DNA of 64,000 bases from an uncultured Bacilli bacterium. Lineage in GTDB: Bacteria; Bacillota_I; Bacilli_A; ML615J-28; CAG-313. A program made the translations under genes and the position numbers. The notes under the pieces were generated by a model that searched no databases, was not told the origin of the DNA, and saw only the letters and a program-made list of their open reading frames with translations. Location of the stretch: contig CALVCV010000001.1 of NCBI GenBank assembly GCA_944326155.1, positions 194,664 to 258,663 on the forward strand. Reading direction: 5' to 3'. How positions within the stretch are numbered: the stretch's first letter is position 1; each line of letters begins with the position of its first letter. Positions 21,409 to 32,625 of the stretch are shown piece after piece.

Positions 21409-22664
21409 AATGTTCCCTCTAACATATAAATCGTATCTAATTTCAAACATTGAGCAGCTTTGATAACTTCTTCTTTCGTTATATTAGAAATAGATGCAAC
21501 CTTTTCATCAAGAGTCTTTTCTTTTTCATCATTAATATCTTTAATAATTGCATTCGATCCATATGATGGTTGATCTGCTAATTTATATTGGGCATTAATT
21601 AACATTTTTTTCGTTAAATTCATCGTCTCATCATCAAAAAAACCATTTTGATAATCTCTGATAATTTTATTAATAATAGTTTTAAACTTATTAAATTGTT
21701 TTGCACTAATACCTGCATTAATTACAAAGGTTCCTTTCTTTGCGTTATAATCACTATTAATAGAATATGCTAGACTATTTTTTTCTCTTACTTCTTGAAA
21801 AAGTGTAGAATGAAAAAAGCCTCCTAGCATTTGATTTAGTAAATACATGCCATTATATAATATATCATTTTCACGAATTTCACTTCGATACCCAACAAGT
21901 ACAATCGATTGTTTATTTTCTTGCTTTTCAATCACTTCATTAATTTTTTCTATTTGTTTTGTTTCATAGTCCAAAAACTGTAATTTATAATCATTATTTT
22001 TGAAGCAAATACTTAAAAATGTTTGATTAAATATTGACTTTACATATTCAAAATCAAAATCACCAATTACATAAAATACTTTTTTAGCCATCATTAAATC
22101 TTGATATTCATTTTTGATATCATCAAGCGTTACTTGAATTGCTTCATTATACGAGGAAGCAACAGAATATTTACAAGTTTCATTTGCATACATAAGATCA
22201 ATAAACTTTAATGTTGCATACTGTGTTTTATTATCATATACCCTTTCAATATCTTCAATTAATAATGATTTTTCCAAATTAAAGTACTCGCTATCAAAAT
22301 AGGGAAGCATGATTGTGTCATGTAAAAGTTGAATTGATTCAGTTAATAAATTAATTTTTGAATTATCTATATACTTATCATCAATTGAACGAATCACAAA
22401 ATTCATATTATTTACAAGACCGATTCGACTAAATCCAACATATAAACTCATGCCATATAAATCTTCTAAATGATGACTTAACTTTTGTTCAGATGGATAT
22501 TTTTGATTATATTTCATTAACATGTTAGAAAGAATTGAACTTTCAATCAAACCTTTTTTTTCTAAAGGCCTAAAGAAGTATGCACCCACAGTAAATGTTT
22601 TAAATTTTTTGTTCGGTATGTGATAAAGCGTATAACCGTTTATTTCAATTTTATTTATTTCCAT
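21405..22664 (-). CDS. M16 family peptidase, probable non-catalytic partner subunit
   Basis: M16B-like fold and length, no HxxEH; start at MEINKIE with GGAGGT RBS. Confidence 0.7.
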   Translation of the reverse strand: MEINKIEINGYTLYHIPNKKFKTFTVGAYFFRPLEKKGLIESSILSNMLMKYNQKYPSEQKLSHHLEDLYGMSLYVGFSRIGLVNNMNFVIRSIDDKYIDNSKINLLTESIQLLHDTIMLPYFDSEYFNLEKSLLIEDIERVYDNKTQYATLKFIDLMYANETCKYSVASSYNEAIQVTLDDIKNEYQDLMMAKKVFYVIGDFDFEYVKSIFNQTFLSICFKNNDYKLQFLDYETKQIEKINEVIEKQENKQSIVLVGYRSEIRENDILYNGMYLLNQMLGGFFHSTLFQEVREKNSLAYSINSDYNAKKGTFVINAGISAKQFNKFKTIINKIIRDYQNGFFDDETMNLTKKMLINAQYKLADQPSYGSNAIIKDINDEKEKTLDEKVASISNITKEEVIKAAQCLKLDTIYMLEGTL

Positions 22665-22762
22665 TTTTTTACCTCCTAAAAGGTCATTTTTATTATATCC
22701 AAAAAGTTCTTTAATAAACAATGAAATAATAATAGACAAAAGAAACCACTTTTAAGTGGTTT

Positions 22763-23479
22763 CTATTTTGCTAAATTTAAAGCAATTTCAATCATTTGAT
22801 TAAAAGAAGTTTGTCTTTGTTCAGATGTCGTTTCTTCATGAGTAACAAGTGAGTCAGATATTGTTAAAATACAGGCAGCTTCTTTACCAAGAACATTGGC
22901 ATTATGAAATAAAGCAAATGACTCCATTTCAACACAAACGCAGTCTAAATCTTCATACATATGTTTGACAATTGATGGACCTTCCCGATAAAAAATATCT
23001 GATGAATGAATTCGCTTATATTGTGTTTTAATATTTAATTGATTGGCAATATCAATAATTTCTTTTGATAGTTCATTACTAGATGATAAAATATCACGAT
23101 TTTCACCATTTTGCGTTTTAGCAAAAGATGATTCACTATATGCTTCTTTTACGACTACAATATCAAATAATTTTAAAGATGGATCATAAGCACCAGCAGA
23201 CCCAATTCTAATAATTTTTTCTACACCATAAAATTTAAATAGTTCATATGAATAAATACCAATACTTGGCATACCCATACCAGAACCCATAACAGATATT
23301 TTATGACCTTTATAAGTACCTGTAAAACCATACATACCACGAACTTTATTAAAGCATTCCACATTTTCTAAATACTGATTTGCAATATATTCAGCCCGTA
23401 AGGGATCACCTGGCATTAAAACAATTTTAGCAATTTTATCTTCTTCATTTACTTCAATATGAGGGGTCTTTTTTAACAT
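22763..23479 (-). CDS. deoD: purine nucleoside phosphorylase, DeoD type
   Basis: 238 aa, hexameric PNP motifs GDPLRAEYIA, SVMGSGMGMPS. Confidence 0.9.
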   Translation of the reverse strand: MLKKTPHIEVNEEDKIAKIVLMPGDPLRAEYIANQYLENVECFNKVRGMYGFTGTYKGHKISVMGSGMGMPSIGIYSYELFKFYGVEKIIRIGSAGAYDPSLKLFDIVVVKEAYSESSFAKTQNGENRDILSSSNELSKEIIDIANQLNIKTQYKRIHSSDIFYREGPSIVKHMYEDLDCVCVEMESFALFHNANVLGKEAACILTISDSLVTHEETTSEQRQTSFNQMIEIALNLAK

Positions 23480-23488
23480 ATTTCTCTC

Positions 23489-24151
23489 CTAATATTCACT
23501 TTTACTTGCGGAATTCTCCATAATTGCAACACCACTAGAAGCACCAATTCTAGTAGCACCATTTTCAACCATTAATTCAAGATCTTCTAAACTACGAATA
23601 CCACCACTTGCTTTTACACCCATATCAGGTCCTACTGTCTCACGCATTAACTTAATGTCATTTGTGGTGGCACCACCTGTTCCAAAACCAGTTGATGTCT
23701 TAACAAATGTAGCATTGGCGTTTTTTGCGGCAAGACAACAATTTACTTTTTCTTCATCTGTTAAATAACAAGTTTCAATAATAACTTTTGTGGTTTTTCC
23801 GGTACTTGCGGCAACAACCATTTTAACTTCATCTTCAATATATTTATAATCGTGCTCTTTTGCCTTACCAATATTGATAACCATATCGATTTCATCCGTA
23901 CCATTTTTAATTGCATCAATCGTTTCTAATGCTTTAATTTCTTTTGTATTAGCACCAAGAGGAAAACCTATGACAGTGCATACCAATACATCACTGCCTT
24001 CTAAACATTCTTTTGCAAGAGCTACATTAGCAGGGTTTACACAAACACTTTTAAAATTATATTTTTTGGCTTCCTCACAAAGTTTACGAATCTCATCACT
24101 CGTTGCAAAAGCTTTTAACATTGTATGATCAATAAGTTTGTTTATTTGCAT
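23489..24151 (-). CDS. deoC: deoxyribose-phosphate aldolase
   Basis: 220 aa, IDHTMLKA, Schiff-base lysine region FVKTSTGF. Confidence 0.9.
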   Translation of the reverse strand: MQINKLIDHTMLKAFATSDEIRKLCEEAKKYNFKSVCVNPANVALAKECLEGSDVLVCTVIGFPLGANTKEIKALETIDAIKNGTDEIDMVINIGKAKEHDYKYIEDEVKMVVAASTGKTTKVIIETCYLTDEEKVNCCLAAKNANATFVKTSTGFGTGGATTNDIKLMRETVGPDMGVKASGGIRSLEDLELMVENGATRIGASSGVAIMENSASKSEY

Positions 24152-24159
24152 ATTATCTC

Positions 24160-25017
24160 CTATTTTTCAATTAAATCAGTAATTTCAATTACTTCATAGT
24201 TATAAGTTGACAAAACTGATTTACGCATTTTTTTAATAAACTTTTTAGCCTTTAGACTACCATTTTCATTTAAATATCTAATTTTAATACCAATTGAGCC
24301 ATCTTTTATTTCATACATAATTTTTTCTACATATTTATAAAATACTTGAATAGGTACAAGATTTACTAAATTTTCCTCTTCTTCAACATGTACAAAATCG
24401 AGATGAGGTGGAAATGTAGTTGGTAAACCAACATGCCAATTAATACTAAAATATACATGACTATCACTGTCTTTTAAGACAATATAAGGATTTGCCACAA
24501 TATCATCTTTTACAACACTCGGTAATTCATCAATCATAGATTGATAAGTGCATACTTCATTTAGTAAATCTTGATCTACTGGATATTTAATTATCTCAGG
24601 ATGTTCATTTAAATATTTTGTTCTTTCCTTAGCAAGAATTGCGATGAGTTCAAACATATTAAACTCTTTAATATTATCAATCTTATCATGATATATTGCA
24701 AATTCAAATATTCGGCACAATTCATCTACTTGTTTTAATATTAAACGTGTTATAAATAGGGGAATATCCTCAGGAAATTCACATAATAAAAATGTATTAA
24801 CATAATTAGGATTTAATCGATATAAACTAGAAACTCGTGAACGTTTTGTAATCAAATAACGATAAGAACAATTAAAATGTGAGATATTAAAAGTGGCAAT
24901 AAATTCATCGTCATTCGAGGTAATTGTAGTATTTTCAAGTTTGTCAAAATATTCATCAATTAATTGAGTAAAATTAACTCTTTCTTTACTACGATCTTTG
25001 AAAAAATATATTATCAT
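24160..25017 (-). CDS. hypothetical cytoplasmic protein (285 aa), embedded between ileS and deoC
   Basis: long ORF with gene-like composition, tightly spaced in operon; no recognisable motif. Confidence 0.5.
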   Translation of the reverse strand: MIIYFFKDRSKERVNFTQLIDEYFDKLENTTITSNDDEFIATFNISHFNCSYRYLITKRSRVSSLYRLNPNYVNTFLLCEFPEDIPLFITRLILKQVDELCRIFEFAIYHDKIDNIKEFNMFELIAILAKERTKYLNEHPEIIKYPVDQDLLNEVCTYQSMIDELPSVVKDDIVANPYIVLKDSDSHVYFSINWHVGLPTTFPPHLDFVHVEEEENLVNLVPIQVFYKYVEKIMYEIKDGSIGIKIRYLNENGSLKAKKFIKKMRKSVLSTYNYEVIEITDLIEK

Positions 25018-25046
25018 ATCACAAGTCTCCTTCTATATATAAACTT

Positions 25047-27797
25047 TTACTCGTTTTTATTTTTTAAATTTTTTACTACTTCAGCACATCTATCACAAAG
25101 TTCATCTTCATTAATTGAAGGAACAATTTGCCAACATCTGCTACAAGTACATCCTACTGCAGGCTCAATTTTAATTTTGCCAGATGGATATACTTTGGCT
25201 TGAAAATCATTTGGAGAAATCGTAAATTTATATACAATAAAAATTTGTTTTAAATCAGCTTCAATTGTTGTTAATAATTTAGCAACTTTATCAGTCGGAT
25301 AAATTAAAACATGAGCGTTAAGACTCTTACCAATTACCTTTTCACTACGTGCTTCTTCCAAAGCTTTTAACACATCATCTCTAACATTCATTAAATCTTC
25401 ATATTTTGTAAGAATTTCATCGCTACCTTTTAAGATAGTTGGTTGATACATTTCTTCTAAATAAATGCTTTCTTTTTTGTCCCCAGGCATATAAGAATAT
25501 ACTTCTTCTGCTGTATGAGGAATAATTGGATTGAATAAAGTTGTTAAAGCTTTTAAATTTTCATATAGAATGGTTTGAATACTTCTTCTTGATAAAGCAT
25601 CAGCATCTTCAATATATAAAATATCTTTCGTAAAATCCAAATAAAAACTAGATAGTTCATTTGTCATATAATTAAGAATTGTTCTAAATACTTCTGAAAA
25701 TTCATAATTTTTATATGCATTATGAACGTTCTTTACGACTTCATTTAATTTACACATTATATACTGATTGATTTCAGACATTTTATCATAGGAAATAGCA
25801 TCAGTCTTAGGATTAAAATCAAATAAATTACCAAGCATAAATCTAAATGTATTTCTAATCTTTCTATATGAGTCACTAACTTGTCTTAATAATTCTTTAC
25901 TCATTCTAAAATCAGCTTGATATTCAACACTAGCAACCCAAAGTCTAAAGATATCAGCACCAAACTCATTGCATGAAGCTACTGGATCTATGGTATTTCC
26001 TAATGATTTACTCATCTTACGGCCTTCACCATCTAGTGTAAAACCATGACTAATAACTGTTTTGTATGGCGCTTTCCCTGTGAGAGCAACACCAGTTGTG
26101 AGACTTGAATTGAACCATCCACGATATTGGTCAGAACCCTCAAGATAAACGTCAGCTTGATCAACACCATAGCGAAGTTTTAATGCCCCATGATGACTAG
26201 TACCAGAATCAAACCACACATCCATGATGTCATTTTCTTTGGTAAATTTATCATTTGGACTATTTGGATGTGTATAATCTTCTGGTAATAATTCTTTTGC
26301 TTCTTTTTCAAACCATATATTTGAACCATATTGTTCAAATAAACTTGCAACATGATTAATAATATCTTGATCAATAATTGGTGTACCATCTTCAGCATAA
26401 AAAATTGGAATAGGCACACCCCATACTCTTTGACGCGAAATACACCAATCACTTCGATCTTTAATCATATTAGAAATTCGTACTTCACCCCAACTGGGTA
26501 CCCAAGTAACATTTTTAATGGCATTTAGGATTTCTTCTTTAAAATTATTGATTGAAGCAAACCATTGTGCTGTTGCTCTAAAAATAATAGGTTTTTTGGT
26601 ACGCCAATCATGAGGATAACTATGTACAATCTTAATTTCTTTTAATAAGGCATTTTCTTCATTTAAACGATTAATAATAATCGGATTTGCGTCTTCATAG
26701 AATAGGCCTGCAAATTCACCTGCCTCTTTGGTCAAATATCCTCTTTCATCAACTGGGCATAAAATATCTAAATCATATTTTTTACCTACAATAAAGTCAT
26801 CTTCGCCATGCCCTGGTGCAGTGTGTACTAATCCAGTACCTGCATCAAGAGTTACATGCTCACCTAGAATAACTGGTGAAATTCGCTCATATAATGGATG
26901 TTTATAAGTTATTCCTTCTAATTCTACCCCTAACATTCTTTTAACAACGGAATAATGTTCAAATCCTAAAGTTTGACATACATCGTTAATCAACTCAGTT
27001 GCCATAACAAAGAATCTATCTTCTACTTCAACTACTGAATATTCAATTGTAGGTGATACACAAATTGCTAAGTTTGCTGGCATAGTCCACGGAGTAGTTG
27101 TCCAAATTACTAGTTCACAATTATTGGATAAAACATTTTTTCCATCAACAACTTTGAAAGCAACATAAATTGAACTACTTTTTACATCATGATATTCAAT
27201 TTCAGCTTCAGCTAAAGCTGTTTCTGATGAAGGTGACCAATAAACGGGTTTTAATCCTTTAAAAATTAAATTTTTAGAAGCCATGATACCAAAGCAACGA
27301 ATTTGTTCTGCTTCATAATGTTTATCAAGCGTAATATAAGGATGATCCCATTCACCTAAAATGCCCAATCTTTTGAAACCTTCTTTTTGTAATTCAACTT
27401 GTTCTAAAGCATATTTTTCGCAAAGATTTCTAAACTCTGAAACTGGCATTTCTTTACGATTAATCTTTTTATTTTTAGAAAGAGCAGTTTCAATTGGAAG
27501 TCCATGTGTATCCCAACCTGGTAAATAAGGTGCATAAAAACCATTCATTGATTTATAACGAATTAAGATATCTTTTAAAACTTTATTCATGGCATGGCCA
27601 ACATGAATTTTACCATTTGCATATGGTGGTCCATCATGTAAATAGAAAGTAGGTTTACCCTCATTTTTACTAAGTACCTTTTCATAAATTTTTTGTTTTT
27701 CCCAATTCTTTTGAATTGGAATTTCATTAACACCTAAATTTCCACGCATTGGAAAATCAGTTTTCGGCATTAACAGCGTATTTTTATACTCTTTCAT
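25047..27797 (-). CDS. ileS: isoleucine--tRNA ligase
   Basis: 916 aa, [12 protein letters not shown] (HIGH) and KMSKSLGN (KMSKS), C-terminal zinc-binding cysteines. Confidence 0.95.
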   Translation of the reverse strand: MKEYKNTLLMPKTDFPMRGNLGVNEIPIQKNWEKQKIYEKVLSKNEGKPTFYLHDGPPYANGKIHVGHAMNKVLKDILIRYKSMNGFYAPYLPGWDTHGLPIETALSKNKKINRKEMPVSEFRNLCEKYALEQVELQKEGFKRLGILGEWDHPYITLDKHYEAEQIRCFGIMASKNLIFKGLKPVYWSPSSETALAEAEIEYHDVKSSSIYVAFKVVDGKNVLSNNCELVIWTTTPWTMPANLAICVSPTIEYSVVEVEDRFFVMATELINDVCQTLGFEHYSVVKRMLGVELEGITYKHPLYERISPVILGEHVTLDAGTGLVHTAPGHGEDDFIVGKKYDLDILCPVDERGYLTKEAGEFAGLFYEDANPIIINRLNEENALLKEIKIVHSYPHDWRTKKPIIFRATAQWFASINNFKEEILNAIKNVTWVPSWGEVRISNMIKDRSDWCISRQRVWGVPIPIFYAEDGTPIIDQDIINHVASLFEQYGSNIWFEKEAKELLPEDYTHPNSPNDKFTKENDIMDVWFDSGTSHHGALKLRYGVDQADVYLEGSDQYRGWFNSSLTTGVALTGKAPYKTVISHGFTLDGEGRKMSKSLGNTIDPVASCNEFGADIFRLWVASVEYQADFRMSKELLRQVSDSYRKIRNTFRFMLGNLFDFNPKTDAISYDKMSEINQYIMCKLNEVVKNVHNAYKNYEFSEVFRTILNYMTNELSSFYLDFTKDILYIEDADALSRRSIQTILYENLKALTTLFNPIIPHTAEEVYSYMPGDKKESIYLEEMYQPTILKGSDEILTKYEDLMNVRDDVLKALEEARSEKVIGKSLNAHVLIYPTDKVAKLLTTIEADLKQIFIVYKFTISPNDFQAKVYPSGKIKIEPAVGCTCSRCWQIVPSINEDELCDRCAEVVKNLKNKNE

Positions 27798-27806
27798 ATT
27801 TTTCTC

Positions 27807-28532
27807 CTAATGTTTTACGCCAACTTTTATACTAAGGCGATCTTTTTTAGTTGTCTTAATATTATCCAAAATCGTAATTCTTCCAAATTTACGAACACTT
27901 ATAATTTCATTTAAATTACATTTTTTTGTAATATTTTCACAAATTATGTGATTAATCGCAACCATCTTATTCTCAATCATCTCTACAGCTTTTGCCCTAC
28001 TTATATTAAGTGTTCTAGCAATCACAGCATCTAAACGTAAACTTGCAACATTAATCGTCTTTATAATATCTCCTTTTTGATTAAAGTTTTCAAAAGAATC
28101 TATCTTTTGAAATTTAACATTTTGATGATTAATTTCTATTAAGTTACTCACTAAGTACTTTTCAATTTCTCTAGTTACAAAAATAAAAATTTTATTGTCT
28201 ACAATATTAATATCTCCAAAGGTACTTCTCTCTATTCCTAAACTCATAATTGTGCCAAGAACATTCCGATGATGAATAGGACGATGTCTAGGATTATACT
28301 CAGCACAATATATACTAATTTTGAAATCGTCAAAAGTAGGTTCTTCATAGTTTTCTAATTGAATAATTGCTCTTAAGCGTTCGGCATTTTCAAATCCACC
28401 TTCAAAATATACTTTTAACCTCTCCTTATTAAGGGCTTTAATTTGGCTAATTTGCGCTAAATCTAAAAATTTTGTCAACACAATTTTGCCGTCTTGTGCA
28501 TCGTGATAATAATCATTTAAGCGATTAATCAT
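27807..28532 (-). CDS. ylmH: YlmH-like S4-domain RNA-binding protein
   Basis: C-terminal S4 motif LRLDAVIARTLNISRAKAVEMI; position after sepF. Confidence 0.75.
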   Translation of the reverse strand: MINRLNDYYHDAQDGKIVLTKFLDLAQISQIKALNKERLKVYFEGGFENAERLRAIIQLENYEEPTFDDFKISIYCAEYNPRHRPIHHRNVLGTIMSLGIERSTFGDINIVDNKIFIFVTREIEKYLVSNLIEINHQNVKFQKIDSFENFNQKGDIIKTINVASLRLDAVIARTLNISRAKAVEMIENKMVAINHIICENITKKCNLNEIISVRKFGRITILDNIKTTKKDRLSIKVGVKH

Positions 28533-28537
28533 CTTTT

Positions 28538-28870
28538 TTATTCGTCAATTCCAAAATCTTTAATATATTTTTTTAACGTTCCGTCTTCAAAAGCTTTTCC
28601 AGTCGCAAACAATCTTGTTTCATTACCTAAGCGATATACAGAGCCATCTAAAGCATAAACCACACCTGATAAAAAAGCAATCGCATGATTGACTTCACTC
28701 ACACTTGTAATTTCCTCAAAATTAGCAAGTAATGGTCTATTATTTATTACAATATCTGCTAAATCTAACAACTGAACATTAATATCTTCATCTGGTTTAA
28801 AAGTATAATTCAATAACCGATCAAAAGCAGAGCCTATTTTTCTTTCTTGTTTTTTTTGCCTTCCAAACAT
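28538..28870 (-). CDS. sepF: cell division protein SepF
   Basis: conserved SepF core IAFLSGVVYALDGSVYRLG. Confidence 0.75.
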   Translation of the reverse strand: MFGRQKKQERKIGSAFDRLLNYTFKPDEDINVQLLDLADIVINNRPLLANFEEITSVSEVNHAIAFLSGVVYALDGSVYRLGNETRLFATGKAFEDGTLKKYIKDFGIDE

Positions 28871-28884
28871 ACCTATCTCCTATT

Positions 28885-29544
28885 TTATTTTGATAATAGG
28901 GTACCAATTCTAATCATGGTAGCGCCATATTTTACAGCTATTTGATAATCATTACTCATACCCATGGACAATTCAGTACATGGGGCATATGATAAATTCA
29001 ACGCTTGTACTTCTTGTTGTAATTCTTTCATTGTTTTAAAATATTTTTCCAAAATTTCATGATCAAAAGTATATGTTGCAATGGTCATTAAACCAACTAC
29101 TTTGATTTTATCATATTTAGCCAAACTTTTAATAAAAGGGATTACTCTTGACTCATGAAGACCTGTTTTATTAGCATTATTAGATAGATTTACTTGTACA
29201 AAACATTTTAATGGCTCAATTTTTTTTCTTGCTTTATTAATGGCATTGGCAAGATCAATTGAATCTAGCGAATGAAGGTAATCAATACTATCAATAAAAG
29301 TAGGTGATAATTTAGGCGGAATCTTAATCACACCAAAATAGTGCCAAGTAATTCCTAAATTTTTAAATGCATCATATTTTGCTAAAAAAGTATCTTTTCG
29401 ATTTTCACCAATATCTTTGATTCCAGCATTTATAATTTCTTTGGTTTTTGCGATATCAAAATATTTTGTTGCAGCAACAATTTTTACATTTGGATAGTCT
29501 TTAATACTATCTTTGATTTTTGCAAGCTGCACTTCTACAGACAC
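28885..29544 (-). CDS. yggS: YggS/PLPBP family pyridoxal-phosphate homeostasis protein
   Basis: 219 aa, KIVAATKY PLP-lysine motif. Confidence 0.85.
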   Translation of the reverse strand: MSVEVQLAKIKDSIKDYPNVKIVAATKYFDIAKTKEIINAGIKDIGENRKDTFLAKYDAFKNLGITWHYFGVIKIPPKLSPTFIDSIDYLHSLDSIDLANAINKARKKIEPLKCFVQVNLSNNANKTGLHESRVIPFIKSLAKYDKIKVVGLMTIATYTFDHEILEKYFKTMKELQQEVQALNLSYAPCTELSMGMSNDYQIAVKYGATMIRIGTLLSK

Positions 29545-29635
29545 ATTATCACCTTCTTTACATATTTATTTTATTATACCATATTTTTCTTTTTTTTTCA
29601 AGTTTTTTTGTTTTTGTTTTTTTAAGTTAAATTTT

Positions 29636-29664
29636 TTTATTTTTTAATTACTTTATGTTATAAT
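29636..29664 (+). promoter_or_regulatory. extended -10 promoter for tRNA-Arg
   Basis: TGtTATAAT at 29656..29664, weak -35 TTTATT-like 17 nt upstream. Confidence 0.4.
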
Positions 29665-29673
29665 ATTGTATAT

Positions 29674-29748
29674 GTCCTTATAGTTTAATGGATAAAATAC
29701 AAGATTCCGATTCTTGTGATAAAGGTTCGATTCCTTTTAAGGGCGCCA
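29674..29748 (+). tRNA. tRNA-Arg (anticodon CCG), CCA encoded
   Basis: acceptor GTCCTTA/TAAGGGC, anticodon stem CAAGA/TCTTG with loop TTCCGAT, T-arm GGTTCGATTCC. Confidence 0.85.
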
Positions 29749-29765
29749 TATATAATTTTTTTATT

Positions 29766-29790
29766 CTGATACTGCAATATCAGTTTTTTT
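29766..29790 (+). terminator. rho-independent terminator after tRNA-Arg
   Basis: CTGATActgcaaTATCAGttttttt. Confidence 0.5.
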
Positions 29791-29834
29791 ATTGTCTTCA
29801 TATGAGGAATAAAGCATTCAATGACTTGAATGCT

Positions 29835-31496
29835 TTACATTTTTTCTGGAGTGCTTACGCCAATAAGCGTCAATGCATCTTTTAATACAATTTTAATTGC
29901 TGATAAAACAGTCAATTTTTCCATCACTAATTGTGTATCATTAGTAAGTACTTTTTGATCATTATAGTAACTATGTAGTTGATATGCAAGTTCATTGATA
30001 TAATGAGTAAGTTTATGAACTAGTTTTTTTTCTGCAGCCTCTAATAGCACATTAGGATATTGTAACAATGAAAAACAAATATCATTAACACTATCAAAAT
30101 TAATTTTTTCAAATTTTGTCACAGGTTCAAATTTAATTCCAACATCTTGCGCATTTTTAAAAATGCTACAAATTCGTGCATAAGCATATTGGGAGTAAAA
30201 AACAGGATTATCATTTGATTTTTGTTTCATCAAATCGAGATCTAAATCCATATGTGTACTAAGTGATTTATCAACATAGAAGTATCTTAAAGCATCTGTT
30301 CCTACTTCAGCAATTAAATCATTTAGAGTAATTGCCTTTCCACTTCTTTTACTCATTTTAACTTCTTCTCCATTTTCAATAACTCTTACCATTTGCAAGA
30401 TTTCAACATCAATTAAATTAGAATTGCCACCTATCATACTTACAGCAGCTTTTAATCGATTAATATATCCATGATGGTCAGCACCTAAAACATCAATTAA
30501 ATAATTATATCCACGATCTAATTTATTGGCATGATACGCAATATCAGGTAGTAAATAAGTATAACTTCCATCATGTTTTATAATTACACGATCTTTCTCA
30601 TCTTCAAAATCAGTTGTTTTAAGCCAAAGAGCACCATCTTTTTCGTATGTAAAACCAGCTTTTTTTAACTTATCTATAACTTGTTCAACGGCTTTATTTT
30701 GATAAAGACTTTTTTCACTAAACCATGTATCAAAGTTAACATTAAATTTTTCTAAATCCTTTTTCAAATTATCTAATAACTTATTTGTTCCATAATTTTT
30801 AAAGAATTCTAAATCAAATGCATCTAAGAATTTATCACCATATTCTTCTTGAATAGTTTTTGCAACTTCAATGATTTCTTTACCAAAATAATAATCATTT
30901 TTCATTTCAATTTCATAACCAAATAATTCTTTATAACGTTCATAAACACTATAAGCCATATTGGTGATTTGGTTACCTGCATCATTGACATAATATTCTC
31001 TATGTACATTGTATCCTACTTTTTTCATAATTCTTGCTAAAGAGTCTCCATAAGCAGCTCCTCTACCATGGCCTACATGGAGATAACCAGTAGGATTAGC
31101 AGAAACATATTCTAAACAAACTCTTTCATTTTTACCAAAATCAGCGTTTCCATAAGCATCTTGTTCTTTATTAATTTTCAAAATAATGTTTAATAAATAT
31201 TTCTTATCAATTGTTAAATTAATAAAACCAGGTACTGCAACACTAATATCGGAAAGATTTAACTCTTTCATATTTAATTTTTCAACAATTTCATGTGCGA
31301 TATCAAGAGGTTTTTTTTTGGCAACCCGTGCAAGGCGCATAGCGGTATTAGTAGAATAATCTCCATTAGCTTTATCCTTAGGAATTTCAAGAACAATATC
31401 ATCTTGTGATTTGATAATTGATTCATCTACATACTCAAGTTCAACAATTGCATTAAAAATTTTATTTTTAATTAACTCTTTCAATTCATTTATCAT
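29835..31496 (-). CDS. argS: arginine--tRNA ligase
   Basis: 553 aa, HVGHGRGAAYGD (HIGH) region, class I synthetase. Confidence 0.95.
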   Translation of the reverse strand: MINELKELIKNKIFNAIVELEYVDESIIKSQDDIVLEIPKDKANGDYSTNTAMRLARVAKKKPLDIAHEIVEKLNMKELNLSDISVAVPGFINLTIDKKYLLNIILKINKEQDAYGNADFGKNERVCLEYVSANPTGYLHVGHGRGAAYGDSLARIMKKVGYNVHREYYVNDAGNQITNMAYSVYERYKELFGYEIEMKNDYYFGKEIIEVAKTIQEEYGDKFLDAFDLEFFKNYGTNKLLDNLKKDLEKFNVNFDTWFSEKSLYQNKAVEQVIDKLKKAGFTYEKDGALWLKTTDFEDEKDRVIIKHDGSYTYLLPDIAYHANKLDRGYNYLIDVLGADHHGYINRLKAAVSMIGGNSNLIDVEILQMVRVIENGEEVKMSKRSGKAITLNDLIAEVGTDALRYFYVDKSLSTHMDLDLDLMKQKSNDNPVFYSQYAYARICSIFKNAQDVGIKFEPVTKFEKINFDSVNDICFSLLQYPNVLLEAAEKKLVHKLTHYINELAYQLHSYYNDQKVLTNDTQLVMEKLTVLSAIKIVLKDALTLIGVSTPEKM

Positions 31497-31629
31497 TTTA
31501 TCACCATTTACATTTTATTTATTCACATTTTTTTATTATACCAAAAAAGCATTTCATTTTCAAGAAAAGTATTTTATAGAATATAAAACCAAAAAGAGTA
31601 GGTGCTTAACATCTACTTTTTTTGGTTTT

Positions 31630-32625
31630 TTAAAATTGTTGTTGATATTCATTTATACTATAAATAATTTTATTTTTCAAATCTTGGCTAGGAAATTTAC
31701 CAGTAGCAAGTTCAATTGCCCAAAGGATAGCACCCAATACTGGTGGTTCTTTTAAGACTAGAAAATCACATTGTTTTTTGGTCAAATCTAATACAACTTC
31801 TTTAAAGCGATTTAGCATATCAAAATTAGTAGCCTTTGCCCAAACAGAACCTGCTAAAATAATTTGAATAGGTTCTTGAATATTAATTTCAGAAATTGTT
31901 CCCGCAATTGATTTTCCCATACTTTCACCTGAAACTTGTAAGATGTTCATGGCCACAATATCTTTTTGGTTTGCTCTATAAAATAATCTTTTGATAAGAA
32001 AAGTTGAATCTACTTTTTTTTGAACAATTGCATTACTAAAATCTTTTTTATCTTTAATTTTATACATTTCAAAAACATCTTCAGTAATGAGTGTTTTAGG
32101 GCCAAAGCGATAGCATTCATCATAAGCTGATCGAATTGCAGCTCTAGCAAGATAGGAGCCTCCTCCTTCATCACCAGCAACATATCCAATTCCACCAATT
32201 TGCATTTCTTTTCCTGTCTCATCAATACCTACATTAACTGTGCCTGTTCCATTAATTGAGCAAACACCCGTACCAGTTTTAGATGCTGCTTTAATACCTA
32301 AAAAACCATCATTAACAACAATAAATTTTTTAAATCCTAGTTTTGCTACAACTTCCTCTAAAGCTTTTTTTTGATAGGATACATCAACTCCTGCAAGTCC
32401 AAAAACACCTGCTTCCACATCATCAATCGATAATTGATGAATACTTAACAATTTATCAATATTTTCTTTCATAATGTGATAAGAGCCTTCAAATCCACCA
32501 ACACTTGGAACTTCATGACTACACGTTCCACTTCTTATACCATCGAAAAAGTTGCCTTCAATGTCATATAATAAATAATCAGTTTTGGTATTTCCACCAT
32601 CTACACCAATGACAAATTTTTTCAT
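31630..32625 (-). CDS. BadF/BadG/BcrA/BcrD-type ATPase (N-acetylglucosamine-kinase-like sugar kinase)
   Basis: N-terminal VIGVDGGNTKTDY phosphate-1 motif; 331 aa. Confidence 0.7.
   Translation of the reverse strand: MKKFVIGVDGGNTKTDYLLYDIEGNFFDGIRSGTCSHEVPSVGGFEGSYHIMKENIDKLLSIHQLSIDDVEAGVFGLAGVDVSYQKKALEEVVAKLGFKKFIVVNDGFLGIKAASKTGTGVCSINGTGTVNVGIDETGKEMQIGGIGYVAGDEGGGSYLARAAIRSAYDECYRFGPKTLITEDVFEMYKIKDKKDFSNAIVQKKVDSTFLIKRLFYRANQKDIVAMNILQVSGESMGKSIAGTISEINIQEPIQIILAGSVWAKATNFDMLNRFKEVVLDLTKKQCDFLVLKEPPVLGAILWAIELATGKFPSQDLKNKIIYSINEYQQQF

Noticed and set aside
27798-27806. Looked for T-box leaders upstream of ileS (and argS, 31497..31629)
   Set aside because: 9 nt and 133 nt respectively. 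Too short for a T-box (typically >200 nt), and no specifier-loop or antiterminator T-box sequence seen.
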